Assembly: GCA_050084515.1 (NCBI GenBank)
Contig: CM114271.1
Span: 21,266,001 to 21,330,000, forward strand
DNA: 64,000 nt
Direction of reading: 5' to 3'
From: Blasia pusilla
Lineage: Eukaryota
The translations under genes and the position numbers were made by a program. Each line of letters opens with the position of its first letter. The stretch's first letter is position 1. Below the pieces are notes generated by a model, which saw nothing but the letters and a program-made list of their open reading frames with translations, made no database searches and was not told the DNA's origin. Positions 48,301 through 63,300 of this stretch are shown piece after piece.

Positions 48301-51300
48301 GAATCTCCACTCTTCTGTGCAGAAAGAAATTACTACCTTATCGAGTACCAAGAAGAACGAGAAGTTGTCTGAGTGTGCACAACAATCGTCCAATGTTGGT
48401 CAGCAGAACTTACCTTCTTGATCTTCTTGACACTCTTTCAGGTCGTCGGTGTCAGCCGCTTACCGTACTATCATTACATGAAATGTCAGTCTGCTTTGTG
48501 CTAACTTCTTGTCAAAATGAGGTAAAAATGGTCCATTTCTTCGAGCCTTTCCTCTCGATTAGATCAGATGACTCTTTGTATAAGAATGTAAGACTTCATG
48601 AGTACCTTACTCTATCTTCTAAGTTTTTGGATACGCAGTCATCTTGTTGATTGAAGATCATACAACCACAAGTATGTAGACATACTCGCTCGTCTCCATA
48701 AGACTTAAACCTGTCTAACTGTACTAAAACTAGATGACATTGTCCTCACTGCAACCGAAGGACCCGTCATATCTGATCCCAGCCAGATCTTCACTTCTTC
48801 TCCCATCGAAGTCCAGGTCTAGAACTTGCATTGAAGGTTGAAAGAGTGACTGTCCTGATTTATCCTGACAGAGATCCAAGAGAGCCATCGGGCTTGGAAT
48901 TGCACTATTTGCATTGCTTAGGTAGGCCAGATCATTTAAGACCAGGAAGGTAATAGCAACAGAAATTAATGGTGTTCTAAAACGCCAAATGTTGTAGCTG
49001 ATCTACTCTAGGAGCCACGCACTAATGTACGCACTTAACTATTTGAACCTGGTTTACTACTGGACATGAAAGCATTGATATTCAGGTGGTGCCCTGGGAT
49101 AGTTCAGGGAAGTCCCTTCTAGGTCTCTCTTGGAAGCTGCATTTGAAACGAAAAAGTGTTCTCCAATGTCAAGTTTCTCTGAACTGCAATGCCTTTCGAT
49201 TTCGAAGTCTGCCCTTTTCCAACTCTAAGTTTTGATGAAGCAAGTACTAATCGTAGATGGGGAACACTGTGAATAAACGAAGGGATTTACTGTCAAGGGG
49301 GACCCAAGACTGCCACACGACTTTAAATGAAGATGCTTGCAGTACTTAGGATCACCTCATGCAAGACAAGGAAAGCAAAAGTTATAGAAGCCAGAGATGT
49401 TCTAAAAACTCAACTCTTGTACCCACATATTGATGTATGAGCTTAGCTTTTGGAGCCTGATTCCCACTAAACATGAAAGCTCACAGCCAAGGAAGCTCTG
49501 AAATCGTACTCTTTTCACTAGTGGAGTGTATTCTGTTGGCACACATATGTTCAGCGGACTGAACAGCCGTGCCATTTGGCTCATGTCTTTGCTGGAAGTT
49601 CGTGGAGTTTGTCCAGACAGCCCTCGTCCAAAAGAGAATGGAGATGGCACCCGGAATGACATAGTCTTGTCAAAGTTCGAGTTCGATAGCTTGACGAAAG
49701 ACCTAGTAGTATTGTTCCAGGTGATTTCCTACCTGCCCTCAGCTACATATGTATCGTACATACTTTTTCAAGAACTTATAGATCAATAACGATATTAGAT
49801 CACGCACTCAAGTCACTAAAGCAATGGCACCACAGTGGTCAGGTGGTCACTAATCATGTCCATTGTATGAACGTTAAATAGTAACTTGAAACTGTCCCCG
49901 CTACAGCTTTTTAGTTACAGCATACAGAATTAGCCTACACACATAACCAGACCAACTTTACTGCTGTTCTACCTGGCCTTCAGGACTATGAGAAGGAGCT
50001 GACAGCGCTGGCAGCAGTTCATATATCTGATGTAGAAATGTTGACAAGGTGATCTCCTGCTCTATTTTGACATAAAATGGGAAGAACATGATTGATATAT
50101 GGCTTTTAGTACGTTCATTCAGGAGAGGACGGTAAATTAAAGCTGTGCTCGCTTGCAAAATTTTTTTAGTGCAGTATCAAGTCGACCTGTAACTGATGCT
50201 TATCAAGTAACCGAAAGAGAAATTGCTCCACCACTAAAAACGGCCACTTACCGTTACCACTCGTCTGAACCTCTTTCATCCCTGGTGAAACCGACATCAA
50301 GACGTACAATAACCTTTCCGGTGTTAGAAGACTCGGTGTTCTTTGATGCAACTAAGGCACATTTCTAACCCAAAACAACTACCTGGAGCAATTTTCCTCC
50401 TGATTTTACGGAAAAAAGGACGATTTATGGATAATTTATTTTTTCCAATTCTCTGATAGCCACTTGAGACACAAGGGAGAAGCCGTCATGGAAACATGTA
50501 AGAATGGGTGCACAGATGAAACTATGGGAGATGATCTGCACGTTCAAATCAACTGAACCCTAAGCTCTTCATGAATCAGTGCAGGCAAACAGGGAATTCA
50601 AACAAACAGCTGCACGAGGGATCTCTGTGTGATCAAGAATACCTGGAAAAGGGAATGCAAGAGTTTCTCAATGATTTAGAGTGGAAGGTACAGAATCGCT
50701 AAATGTTTTGTGCAAGCTTGTAGCTTCTTTGTTTTGCCGCATTGACATCTTACCATAGTACAGGCAGTGATCAGTCTGATTAAAGAAGATACCCAGAAAG
50801 TCATTGTGATTTGTTTATAGAGACTTGATGTTAAGTCTGAAGACTTGGTAATCAGCAAATTTCGTGGCATTTTTCGGGTGAAGTGGACTCCACATTGTAC
50901 TCAGACGTCCACTTCTTCAGAAACTCTATGTGAGGTTACCACTACCGTATCAAGAAACTTGCCAGACCTCTTTTGAATGGGAGAGTGGAGGGAAATTGTT
51001 CGGGCCATCTAATGATTATTCTGTACTTATTTAATTAGTGAGGCTGTTCAGACATGTCTGAAAAATTACATTTCAGTCCGTAACCCCTGTCAATCCGCAG
51101 GGGAAGCAGCAGGGTATTGCAGCACTGTGTACTGAAGGCACTAACTACCAAATGCTACCAGATCCGGTGTGTTGTACCTCTCTCTAAAACAATTTGAACA
51201 AGTGATTCTTCATCTATTGAGGGCGGGATAGTAAGTTGACTTACGATGAGAGTGCCAGGCATTAGATTTAAGCCCTGCTGTCACCCAAAAACCTATTAGT

Positions 51301-54300
51301 TTTCGTTTTCCCTGCCGTCATTACTCTTACTCTAGATGCATCTGCCGCTTAAAGGATACAGTCTGCAGCAATAATGGTGAAAGGCTTTGGAGTTTTATCA
51401 CTATAAACACGATTTGCAACTTTGAAGCACGCAGATGCAGAAGATGAAAGCAGCAAGAGAAGAACTGGAACAGAAGTTTGCCCAGTTTGACCAGAAACGC
51501 ACAAAAGTGCGTTTGTTGATTCCCATTCATAACCAATCACAGCATTACATTTGCCATCGTCGAGTGGTAACCATAATCCAATGATGATGAATCAAGAACC
51601 CAGTGGTCCAGATGTATGACCAGAGAACTCAAGTAGAATCCTGGAAACTTGGTCAAATATAAAAAATCGTTGTGGTGTGTATTCACTGTCAAATTGCAGA
51701 TGCTGAAGGCAGTGAAAACATTCAAATCTCAGAGTGCCAGTAAGGTAACTGAATATCTCCCAATTTGTGACACATTGCAGACTCAGTCTATAAACCTGAC
51801 AAGAATTATCAGACTTAGATTCCGAAAGTCTGTGTGGTTTACTGCACTCAAAGTTGATGTTGAAATTATAATGAGGCAAAATTATCAGATCTTCTCACTA
51901 CGATATTGTTCAGGTGGAGGGGCTGAAGGCAAAAATGAAGGAGATTCAGACCGTTTTGGAGTCACAGGAGTCCATGATAGGATCCTTACGTGCAGAAATT
52001 CTGAGCAAAACTGATCAGATTAGCTTCATTATGGACGAGAAGGTATTTGAAAAGAGAGAAGACAGTAAATTTGTCTCTATTGCACCCTTCAAGCGTCCTC
52101 CCCACTCTAGGGTCTACATCCGTGTCTATAAAATCAAAGCTGTTGCTGATAAACCCTTAGGGAAAAAAAGAGAATAGTCGATTAGTGGAGGCATTTTCTT
52201 CTGTATGTAATTAGCCTTTGCAGTTGCATATGCAAATCACTTTGATCACTACGTGTTCTCAGGGAAATCTTGGCACTCACAGACATAGATCTCTTTTCCC
52301 AGAACTGCACAATGGGATTCAATTGTTAGGTGATCAGAGCCGTGTATCACATCAGGCTACTTATTTATTGATCTTGCTATGCCAACTAGCATGGATCCGA
52401 TAACAATTGACTGCATGCTTCTTTGAGTCTGCAGTGGACTTGAATATTTACTAACCTGCACTTTCGTTGATGTGGAACATGGGTAGGCGGTTGGAGAAGA
52501 GGCTCTACAGGCTAGCCAGTCTGAATGCAATGAGCTGGCGTCTTTGATGAGGGTAAAGCACAATATGATAGACTTCATTCAAGAGCTAATTCTTGCACCT
52601 GAGGGAGCTCAAACTATTTTCACTAGTCTTCCAGTCAGGCTGTGAGTTGGCACATAGTTCTGTAGTAATTCTGCTGCACATGCTGCAGGAAATTGATACT
52701 AGTATGGTGCAGTTAACAACAGCATTGGCCACACGAACTATTGAACGTGATCAGGCAAGTGCCCTGTGTTCGATGATTCAGCCTCATATCCCTGCTGGAA
52801 AACTTGCTTGAAAGCTTTGATTTTATTTGAAAATGCTTCCTTGTAGCTCACACACACAAACGTGACAAATGAGATACATCAAATTCCAACCTAATCAATC
52901 GCAATTGTTACTTTGTAGCTATAGTTATGACAATTTGCCATCAGGGATTGAAGGTAGTTTCTGCTGTTCATATCTCATGCTCTTGTTAGTGAGTTCTTGG
53001 AAATGAGTTGTTCAAAGGTTTTGTGAGGCCCTATTGTCATGTAGATATTCATGTGTACCTGTCCCGTTTGGCAGGAATCAGAAGCAAGGATGAAAACTGA
53101 ACAGGAGCTAAGAAACAAGTACAACAATTTGCTGTAATTCCCCTTCTGGCATCGACTCGTTCCTTCTGAGTTGAGTTCATTATCTAGGCCATAGGAATCC
53201 AACAAGCTTAAGGAACCCCTTCCCTATGTATCCCTTGCTTTCCCATCCTTCATGCACTTTTCATGACGAGATTTCAAGCCACCAGGCTTGGACTGTCCAT
53301 GAACAAGATTTCGTTTGGTTAAGAGCTGGGATTTTTCCAAGTCGTAATGCACAATCTAAGCATGATCCTGGAGAGGTGTCCAAAGTTCACTCACATGTTA
53401 CGTACAACAGCGCTAAGTATCCTGAGAGTGCTCCTATGTTAGCAGCAAGTATTGAAATCCTGACCTCCGTCTTGTGAGGATCTTGTACTGTGATGCTATA
53501 ACCGCTAAAAAAAGAAAGCAGAAAATTCTATTAAGAAATAATATCTTTTTTTTTTTGTTTTTTTAAGCGAGACACTCGACCAAAGCCCTGGATTTGGTAT
53601 TAGTTTTTGGTAGGCTATGCTCCATATGTCCATACTCTTTAGGTAATTGCTTAGATCATGGCACGCCCTTGCTAGAGATTATTCGTTCCCCACTTCCAAG
53701 GGGGCGAAACCCGCTTATCCCGGGGGGGCGAAGACTACGGAAAAGGCTTATATAATACCACAGCTTTTAGTGTTTTATAATTTACTTCTAAATGATTAGG
53801 TTTCATTCTCCTTATTCGGCCAGCAAAAATTAAAAATATTGCATAGCCGGCCCCCCGTTCACTGGCTTTCACTGAACGAACGAAGGCAGCACGGGGGCCT
53901 GGCGCGTAAAGTTTCTTCTGTTTCTTGACGATTTCAACACACGAAGACCCGACGGGCCCAGAGGGCAAGAGACTTGCCGTAAGAGGTGCTACGGACGTAA
54001 GATCCGAGACAAAAAACTGCTAAAACTCATTGGGCCCGGCGGGGGGGTCTGTGGCATATCGCGGCTGCTACGCGAAGATCTTTTAGATTGTTCATAATAT
54101 TATTTTATAAAGCTTTAAAATATTTTTATATTTTTATATTTCTTTGTGAATAGTATGCTTATTACAATATAAGAAGAAGGCAGATTAGTAGATCTCTTCC
54201 AGTGCAGATGAGAAATCAAGTTTCACAATTCGTATCTACTCTGGCAAGAGTTGTTGTTCGCAGCTGCTGACCCTTGGAGGTGGGCTGGAAATGACATTAG

Positions 54301-57300
54301 AAGACAACTGTGATATTCAGGTCTGAATTAGATAGAGCTCGAACACAGATAACAAAGCTGGAATCAGAGCTGCAGCTTAGCAACTCGGAACAAGAAGAAA
54401 AAAGGACTCAAGCAGGCAGCTTGAAGGCTGAGCTTCAACAATGCATGTATTGATCTGCATCATCCTACTGTACTCTTGACTTCTTTTGGTTACAAGAATT
54501 TTTATGACAGATTTGATGAACGGCTCAAATCTGTTCCCGGCTGGCAGAAGCTACCTTGTGAGCAGAAGAAAAAATCTCATCCAAAGTTTCTGATTTCAAG
54601 TTTAAAGAGTAAGACCTAAATGGGTAGTCTGGGTATCAAGTTGGGGTAATGAATCTACCACTCTTAGGATGAGTCTTGTACCACTTGTCGTGCATGACCT
54701 GCCATCCCTTGGTGCTGCAAATATTATAATGCCAGGAAAGTCTCACGACGATTTAAGTCCATGCATGTGGAAAAAAGTCATTTTATTTATGCTCTATTGA
54801 CTAACATTAGATTCGGAGATCCTACTGCTGAATTCTTGCTATGTGACTAACGGTATGCTTACTCGCACTGCGTATACAATAATGATTCCTATGGTCGAGA
54901 GAATTGCAGGAAGCGGATGGAGAGCGCAGAACGAGATGTCGAGCAATTGAAGACCCTCATCATTCAACTGGACGTGACGCGAGAGGAACTGGTTTGTCCT
55001 GGATTCCTTGGTTTGCAATCCGATATCAGAAGCTGCCAGCACCTGAGACCAAGAAATAAACTAGTCTTCATGGCAGGAACTTGATTTCAGACGAACTGTG
55101 CAAACTCCTAAGAACTGAAGTTCATAGCACTCACTAGGACGGGGGTCAAAAATCTGCCTTTAATGCATGATGCATGTTTCATTTTAACCCATTAAAGGTC
55201 TCCTCAGAGTAGTACCAAAGACTTTGCTGTTTTAACTCAGACTCTTGTATACCAACAACGAACGATAATCAGAGTATATTTCTTGGCACCTCTGAAATTT
55301 CATATCCTTAGACCCACATTCATGGGAACTCTTGACCAGCAGAATCAGGGGTGTTGGATGTTGTCACGAATGTTTTAATTTTGATGGTTTAAATTCAAGG
55401 TGGCAAAGCTCAAGACAACCATGCAAAAGGAGCAACAAGCAGAGAAGCAAGTTGTTTCACTAGATGCGGAGGTTGGACGTCTAGTTGGGGAAGTTGCAAC
55501 TCGGACTACAGAAGTGACTCACATAAGTGGCCTATTAGAGGCTCTTGGCAAGGAACGTGATCATCTTCAAGCCGAGGTGATGCACTTTCTCCCAGTCTCC
55601 ATGGTCGTTGTTGATTACACAAATGCTCTGTAAAGGAGAATTAGATGACAGGAAGTAAAACACTACTACTACTCCCAGTGAAGAAGCCTGGAAGTCAACC
55701 TGTCTTTGACTTCATACATGTTGACGTGCACACCTATGTCGAAGAGATCCATCAGGGGACACCCATTTCTGCTACTCACAGATTGGACTGTCTTGGGACT
55801 TGGAGGGGTGCTTACACAGTAGGAGGATGAGTCAAGGAAATCTTGTGCGGCTTGGCTGTTCAGGCTGCATATGTTCGTATGTGCAAGTCATTTCTTATGG
55901 GGGATAAGCGAATTTCTTTTCAGAATATTCTTAGCTCATGGTGTAGCATACCGATTTCAACTAACATGGCCTTGGGTGACATAGACAAGCATGCAGGCAG
56001 AGAAGATATCTCACTTGAATGATGACAATACCAAATTGGAAGCTGAAGTAAGGTTCTTGAGAAGAAGCCTAAAATCTGCGGAGCAAAGGCTGCAAGCAGC
56101 GCATTCATTGCTTTCACAGGCAGAAGCAGAGGTACTGAAGTTGGTTTGAAACTGTTATTTAATTCATTCATAGATCCTTCAGACAAACAGCATTTGCCAC
56201 AAATTCGTATTCAAGGACAGGGACAGAATCCTTTCTCGTTCATTTACTTCACCTACATCTGTTTTCTGGTGTACATACCATACAAGCTATATCACCTTAC
56301 AATTTTTTCTTGTATAGATGTACACGATGTAATGACTCTTGCATTTCTCCAAATTCCACTCCAGCTTATAAATTTGAAGGAGCGGCTTTCAGTTGAGGAG
56401 GCAACCAAAAATCGGCTGGAAGAACTATGGACTGCAAAGGTGGTATACCGACTTTGCACATGATTTGGATTTGCAGGATGGGATCTCCATTAAATTGGTA
56501 CTAACAATCAAAATTGACACAGTCCACGGAGCACCGATCTACTGCAGATGAACTTGCGAACCTGTCATTCGCGCACCAAGTAGGTTTCAATACTATCTTA
56601 TCTTTCTACTTCTGAGACTTTTTTTGACAATGCATGTGCGTAGTCCTAGAGTTGGAAGTGCAAGGATAGAATAGACTAACACTCAGGAGATCAGGAGCGA
56701 ATGGATGGACCAAATAGGACTAGTATCAGAATCAGAAGTCTAAACTGAGCCATTAAACAGACAGGACTGAGTAAGGAAATGGATTGGAGTAATAATAGAG
56801 TAACACATCTAGAAGAAATGTGGTCTGAAGCATTGAGCATATCAGACAGGCTGCTTCATATACGAAATCATCTGCAAACTGTCCTTACTTAAGCATATAC
56901 GTGTACTCACTAAACAAAATGCAACTACATACACTTGCAGGTACTAGAAGAGTCAGGTCATGAGTAATTACTGATCTGACTTCGTATCAATTGGAATATG
57001 AAAAAATCCTTCATCGTAGAGGCAAGACTAATCTACATGCTGGACTTGGTTTCTTGACCACTTCTCTGCCTTCTGAAATAGAACCACAGTTACAAAACTA
57101 ACCACGGTTAGAGAGAACTGGATCAATAGACAATCTGATCGGTAATTATATCAATATGTCACTGGAAAGAACCGGTGGAGGTTGTAAAGTTACAGTATGG
57201 ATGATCAGATAAAGAGTTACTCACAATCAGGACAAGGAAAGATGAGCCACTTGTCCAAAAGCACAAAGCAATGTATTAATTATCTCATCTTCATGATGTG

Positions 57301-60300
57301 TGAAAATTTTTTCATGACAGATCCTGAAGAATGATCTCACCCAGCTCACCAACCATAATGAGAATTTGATGGACAACTTGAGAAATATGACCGAAAAAGT
57401 CAATCATTTCGAGCAGGCCAGCTCCTAGACCTAACATAATGTAGTATGTGAATGATGGAAACAGTGCAGTGCTACCTACTTCTTTCTTTGTTTCTTGTAA
57501 ATTGTCCAACTTCAATGCAGTAGTTAAGACTAAATGAAATTCACTTGGGAGTACCTAGAACTCCTTAAGAAGGTCTCCCAGTTCTCTGTCATGGCATCAA
57601 TTAATCAAAGTAGAGATCATAAGGATGTGTCCTCCTTTCAGTGGGATGGGGACGATTGCTGTCCTCATTGTCCTTACCCCCAGATCACACTGGTATTCAT
57701 CATGCAGAATAAGTCTCGTTCTGAAGTTCTATCACGATATTTTCCTAAGTCACAATCCTGAAGTAAAAACTCTAATCTCTACTAGGAAGATCAACTCCTT
57801 CTTCCTATGGGTTGGTCCATGACTATGAAGGGTATTTTTTGGTTGAGACGTGTTGAATGGAACTACCATACCATGTCTCATTGGATTCCTTCCCTTTCAG
57901 GTAATATGCGTCAAGGAGAAAGAGCACGATGAACTTCTGCATTTGTATCAAAATATGTGTGCGGAAAATCAGCAACTTAAGGTGGCTGCCTGTGAGATCG
58001 AGAATCAGGTGAAATTTTTTTGTCTCTCTCTCCTCCTAGGAATTTCAGCAGTCATGTACTGATCACATGCAGATTCGCTGATCAGACTTACTGCTGGAAA
58101 GTGGAGGGTTTGCAAACATTGAAATCAAAGATTATGCTGACACTGCAGTACAGATACTATCGACTATGAGAGCACCACCTCTTCAGTTGCAACTTCTACA
58201 AGATCATTATGATTGAGTTCCAAACCTTTTCCAGAGCGCTTTCCTGTTCAATAGAAAGAAGGCTCAAGAAGTTCGGCTTTGAGATCAGTTTGAGGTTGAA
58301 AAGTAGAACATCTAGTAGAGTTTGCCTTCTCGTGAAATGTCTAGCTTCTATGGCTTTCATCTTCTTATTTCAAAGATTTGCATCTGTCACCCCACAAATA
58401 TTACAAACCAAACTGGAGAGTGGTTGACAGGAATCTTGATACATGATTCTAGGTTCAGCAACAAAGGTATCATCTGGAAAGCATGGAAGAGATTGTTCAT
58501 AAAGCAGAAGATCAAGTGAGGTCCCTTCTTGAAGAAAACCAACATGGCCAATCTGAACTGAAGGTACCAGGCCTATGTTGACGAAAATAAACAAAAATTT
58601 ACTAACAATCACCAGTTTGATTAGATTACAGCGTGGTTGGATCCTTTCGCTCTCGGGCATGTCTGGTTGTAGAGTGTGGGGTGGATGTTTCCTGAATGAT
58701 ATGGTGCAACTTGTGAGTTACCCATCAACTTTTGATCCCAACCATGGCTGCACCTCTCTTTTCTTTCCCTGCAGGCAATGGAAAGACAAGCAGACTTGAT
58801 GACAAGATCCCTGAATCAACAATCTGGCCTTCTGAGTGATTATCAAAACGAAAAGTCTATGTTATTGTCCCAAATGTCTGCATCCAAAATGGTACGCCTA
58901 TTCTATTCGCTTCTTGTGTTTTCTGGGTTGTTCCATTAACTGGAAAGGACCGTACAAACTGGCGTCTACTCTGTACGTTACTCTGCCATAAATCTTCTTT
59001 GAAGGTACGGTCATCGAGGACATAACCTACTTGGAACTCGATTTGATGGACCACATCCTCACTCGGGATCTTCCTTTAAGAAGTGAAACTGAAACTGGTT
59101 TGAGTGCAATATTCTCTGGCATGACGACTGGCTTGCTCAACAAGTTCTTGTGTGAGAAAACAGGCTGTCACTGATTTGGAGGCGAAGCTAAATAATGCCC
59201 TCAGGGATTTGGCCTCTGCCGAAGGAAAGAATCAGCAGATGTCAGATCTACTACAGGAGAACATGCAGGTGACATTCTTTTCAGAGATATTCGTGTATGC
59301 TTTCCTTATGAGAAACTGTTGAAAAGGTTGAGTTGACAATTCTATTTTGATGTGATCAGTAAGGTTAAGTAAAGTCATTCCTTGACTATAATATGAGAAA
59401 GGGATTTTCCTTATGTGCTATTTTTCTATTTCTGACGGTTTTAGATCTTAAGATGGGTGTTTCCCCTGGTTCAGTTCTAACTATCTTCGAGGGGTCTCCT
59501 CCTCACTCTGTACTAGCCAATTGTGGCTATGCTGTCCCCCTTGTAACTTTCTGGATGGGATTTTTCGATTCCGCTTTCCTTTCCCCATCCCCATTTCATT
59601 TTTGGATTCTTCTTTAGTTACAGAATAGCATGAAATAATTTTAAGGACCACAGAGACAAGGACCCAAAAGACAGAAGAGCTCAAGCAGAGACCACCCTCA
59701 AACACATTGCACCAACAATGCAGAACCAGTCTAATAAATTAGCCTCCTAATCTTAAGTCCTTCCAAATCGTCTTTTGTAAATCTAAGATCCCCTCGCTAA
59801 ACCCTGGGCACTTCTGATGTCTATAACTGAGGCACTAAAGAAGGACCTCAGAGGGAATTCTACATTTGAGGAACCGGAAGTGTGTTAATAGCTTTTTTCC
59901 TGCGACGTTCTATTTGGAAGTTTTTAGAATCAGAGTTTCTCTACAACCTAGCTATTACAAGCACACTTAGTGCAATAGCAACCACTCAGGTTAGCAGCAG
60001 TAGACATCTCAATAGCAACCACTCAGGTTAGTACTACTATACACCTTGTATCACAAGACTCACTGAACTCCTCAAGTCAGCAGACCTCTCAGTCTGTAAG
60101 CAGCAGCACACTCAGTGCTTAGCACACTGAACTACTAAGGTCAGAAGCACAATCCACTCAGGTAAGCAAAGCACACTCAGTGCTTCTCAATCAGCTCCTC
60201 AGCTCAGAGAGTTGTGTCCAGAAAGGTGTAAGAGAATGTAAATTCGCAGGGCACCCTCAGAGGGTTATATACAGCCAAGAGAATGAGTTTCTAAGTTTTA

Positions 60301-63300
60301 GGGTTTTTAGGGTTAGGGCCTGCCGCCCATAGTAATTCTCAGAATTACTGAGGTAACTCTATGGTAACAAGAAATTACTATTTACTGTGGTAAAACACTA
60401 AGTTACTATAGTAATTCTATCAGTTACTTTTCACTATAGTAAACTCCAAGTTACTATGTTTTACAACAGAAGTAATTCTATTGCAGGAGGTTTCCTAGCT
60501 GGGATCTGCTCTTGTTTGCCTTTAGGGTCAAGCTTTTTTTCACCCCTTTATCCCTTGTGGTGGATGCCTAAACTTTAGAATCATACAATCATTTCCAAGA
60601 AGCAGTATTTTTCTACAAAGCTCCTTGGTACTTAGAAATAATTTTTTGACCGTACAATTGAAGAGTACCATGACAAGCAACTTAGATATAATATTTTAGA
60701 ATATCAGAGTTTCTCTACAACCTAGCTATTACAAGCACACTTAGTGCAACAGCAACCACTCAGGTTAGATTGTAGAGGAAAGCACTAGACAACCTGCATC
60801 ACCAGATTACCTTGCATTTTCAAGAACACTTAGTGCAATAGCAACCACTCAGGTTAGCAGCAGTGGACATCTCAATAGCAACCACTCAGGTTAGTACTAC
60901 TAGACACCTTGTATCACAAGACTCACTGAACCCCTCAGGTCAGCAGACCTCCCAGTCTGTAAGCAGCAGCACACTGAACTACTAAGGTCAGAAGCACAAT
61001 CCACTCAGGTAAGCAAAGCACACTCAATGCTTCTCAATCAGCTCCTCAGCTCAGAGAGTTGTGTTCAGAAAGGTGTAAAAGAATGTAATTTCGCAGGGCA
61101 CCCTCCGAGGGTTATATACAGCCAAGAGAATGAGTTTGTAGATTTTAGGGTTAGGGCCTGCCGCCCACAGTAATTCTCAGAATTACTGAGGTAAATCTAT
61201 GGTAACAAGAAGTTACTAAGTAATTAGTATAGGAATCTAAGTTACTATAGTAATTCTATCAGGTACTTTTCACTATAGTAAACTCCAAGTTACTATGTTT
61301 TACAACATAATATATATCAGTGCCATTATCTGGCGGTATTCTCCTTGAGATGGTCCAAGAATGCTAGAACATAACCCTCTTCTCAGAGTGGCAAACTGTC
61401 GACTATTTTATATGTGAAAACAGGCCATGAAAAGAGATGGTTTCCGTAAAGTTATTCCCTTCTCTCGCATGAATGATACTTCAGAATCTGTGGTTTTCTC
61501 TTCTAAATTCGTCCTCATGCTTCTCATCACCGTCCATGCTGAATTTAAAGGAAATTGAAAGACTGTCAACAACTTGCATAATGGAGCAAGAACGGATAAG
61601 AGAGTTGGAACATTTGTTGGCATGCCTACGACAAGAAGAGCAACGCCTCGAGATGACAAGCAAGGTCAATTACACAACCATTGTATGAACTAGCATTTAT
61701 ATAGCGCACCAGAAAGCACTTTATCATTTTGCTCTTGTTGCCATGTTCCAAAATTGATACACTTGAGTAAACCCAAATATTTTCATGACCTTCAGGATGT
61801 GGTTAATGAGAATCTGATGATGAGAGAACAACTTTCTGCCCTCCAAGATCAGGTCAGAATGTTACACATTATTGTAGACAATCAAGGCAGTTCATTTACA
61901 CTGATGATTTAAATAATAGGGAAAGTCAGAACCCACAAACTGAGAATAATGAGATCGAAGACATATTTGGTCTGAATGCGGGGTAAATTATTTATTATCA
62001 CGTCAGAAAAACTAATGTTTACCCATATTTTAAATTTGATAGACGGTTAGTTTAAGATTCATCTTTCCAAGTTTCTCGTATACTTCTGGTCTTGTTTGTT
62101 CTGTACTTATCATCAGAAGCAGGCATGCAAACTCCTTGATTGTCTATTTTGTGTTTAAAAACTTAAAACAGGTCAAGAACTTGCAAGTAACAAGAGATGC
62201 GCAAAACCAAGACCTAATTCGGCTGCAAATATCGAGAAACAGGGTGTGTCCAGTCTGGCAGCAATCTGAATGGTTGAATTGAGCTGAACCTATTTTCCAG
62301 GACTTAGACTTTGCACTACAGCTCCCGTTCATCACTCCTTCTGAATGGTTAAGAAAGTAAACACAATGGAGGAACTCTCACTCAACTGATTCAGAATTTG
62401 ATACCACTTTTATTGTGGCACAATCTGCAAATCAAAGTCTCATGGCGTTTTGGGGTCCCCGCGGACAATAAAACACTTCATTCATTCATTCTCTCCTTCT
62501 GGACACTTGTTCCTACCCATATGTAACACGCAGTTGAGTACCTATTCAGATTGAAGGCGAGGAGAGCAGGAGATTCTGGTCAACAGCACCCTCTCCAACG
62601 TATTCCACTCAGTCGTTGGATTCGCATCCCCATCAAATTTCCAGGGATATCATTCTAGCTAAGGTATTCCCAGGGACTTCGTTCCAGAACCGAGTGGCAA
62701 TATTCGCTGCTCTTTCATCTCACAATTTTTTAGAAATAAGTACCACCCTCTGGTTTCACGCATAGACGGCATAGCATCCTAAAGAGTGTGACATCAGTGA
62801 AATCAATGAGGAAATGATAATTTCGCTACGAACACAGACCAAGATTCAGCAGTTGGAGATGAAGCTGGGTTCAGTTACCACAGATTTGAAAAAGACAACG
62901 ACGCTGTACAAAGACTGTTTCTCAAAGCTGCAGAAAGCAGAGTCACAGTGAGACTTCTAACTCTCTGAATTCTTTGTAACCTATTTACAATTACTACGTG
63001 AGCTTTAATTTGGACAACCCAAGGCAACTCATCTTTCAAAGAATGTTCATTTTGAGGGATATTAATGTGCATAGGTTAGGCATGAGGGTTTCCTCAGGAA
63101 GGCCTTTTCTAGCTACCTAGCCACACGTAGCTGGTTGGTTTTCTTCTGTTCTTTCACATCACCTTGGTTAAAAGCCTTAGAATCACATTATGCAGTAAAT
63201 TGCCAACACTGACCTTTTTGCTAAAAGATTTAATTTATTCGATCTAGAAGTTTATGAACTAGTAGTTAGATGGGGGGAAGTACCTTCAATTCAAACTCTC

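Noticed and set aside
60295-60320. Telomere-like tttaggg repeats (also at ~6454 and ~14080)
   Set aside because: Only 2-3 degenerate units inside LTR-like sequence, consistent with telo-box motifs rather than interstitial telomere arrays.
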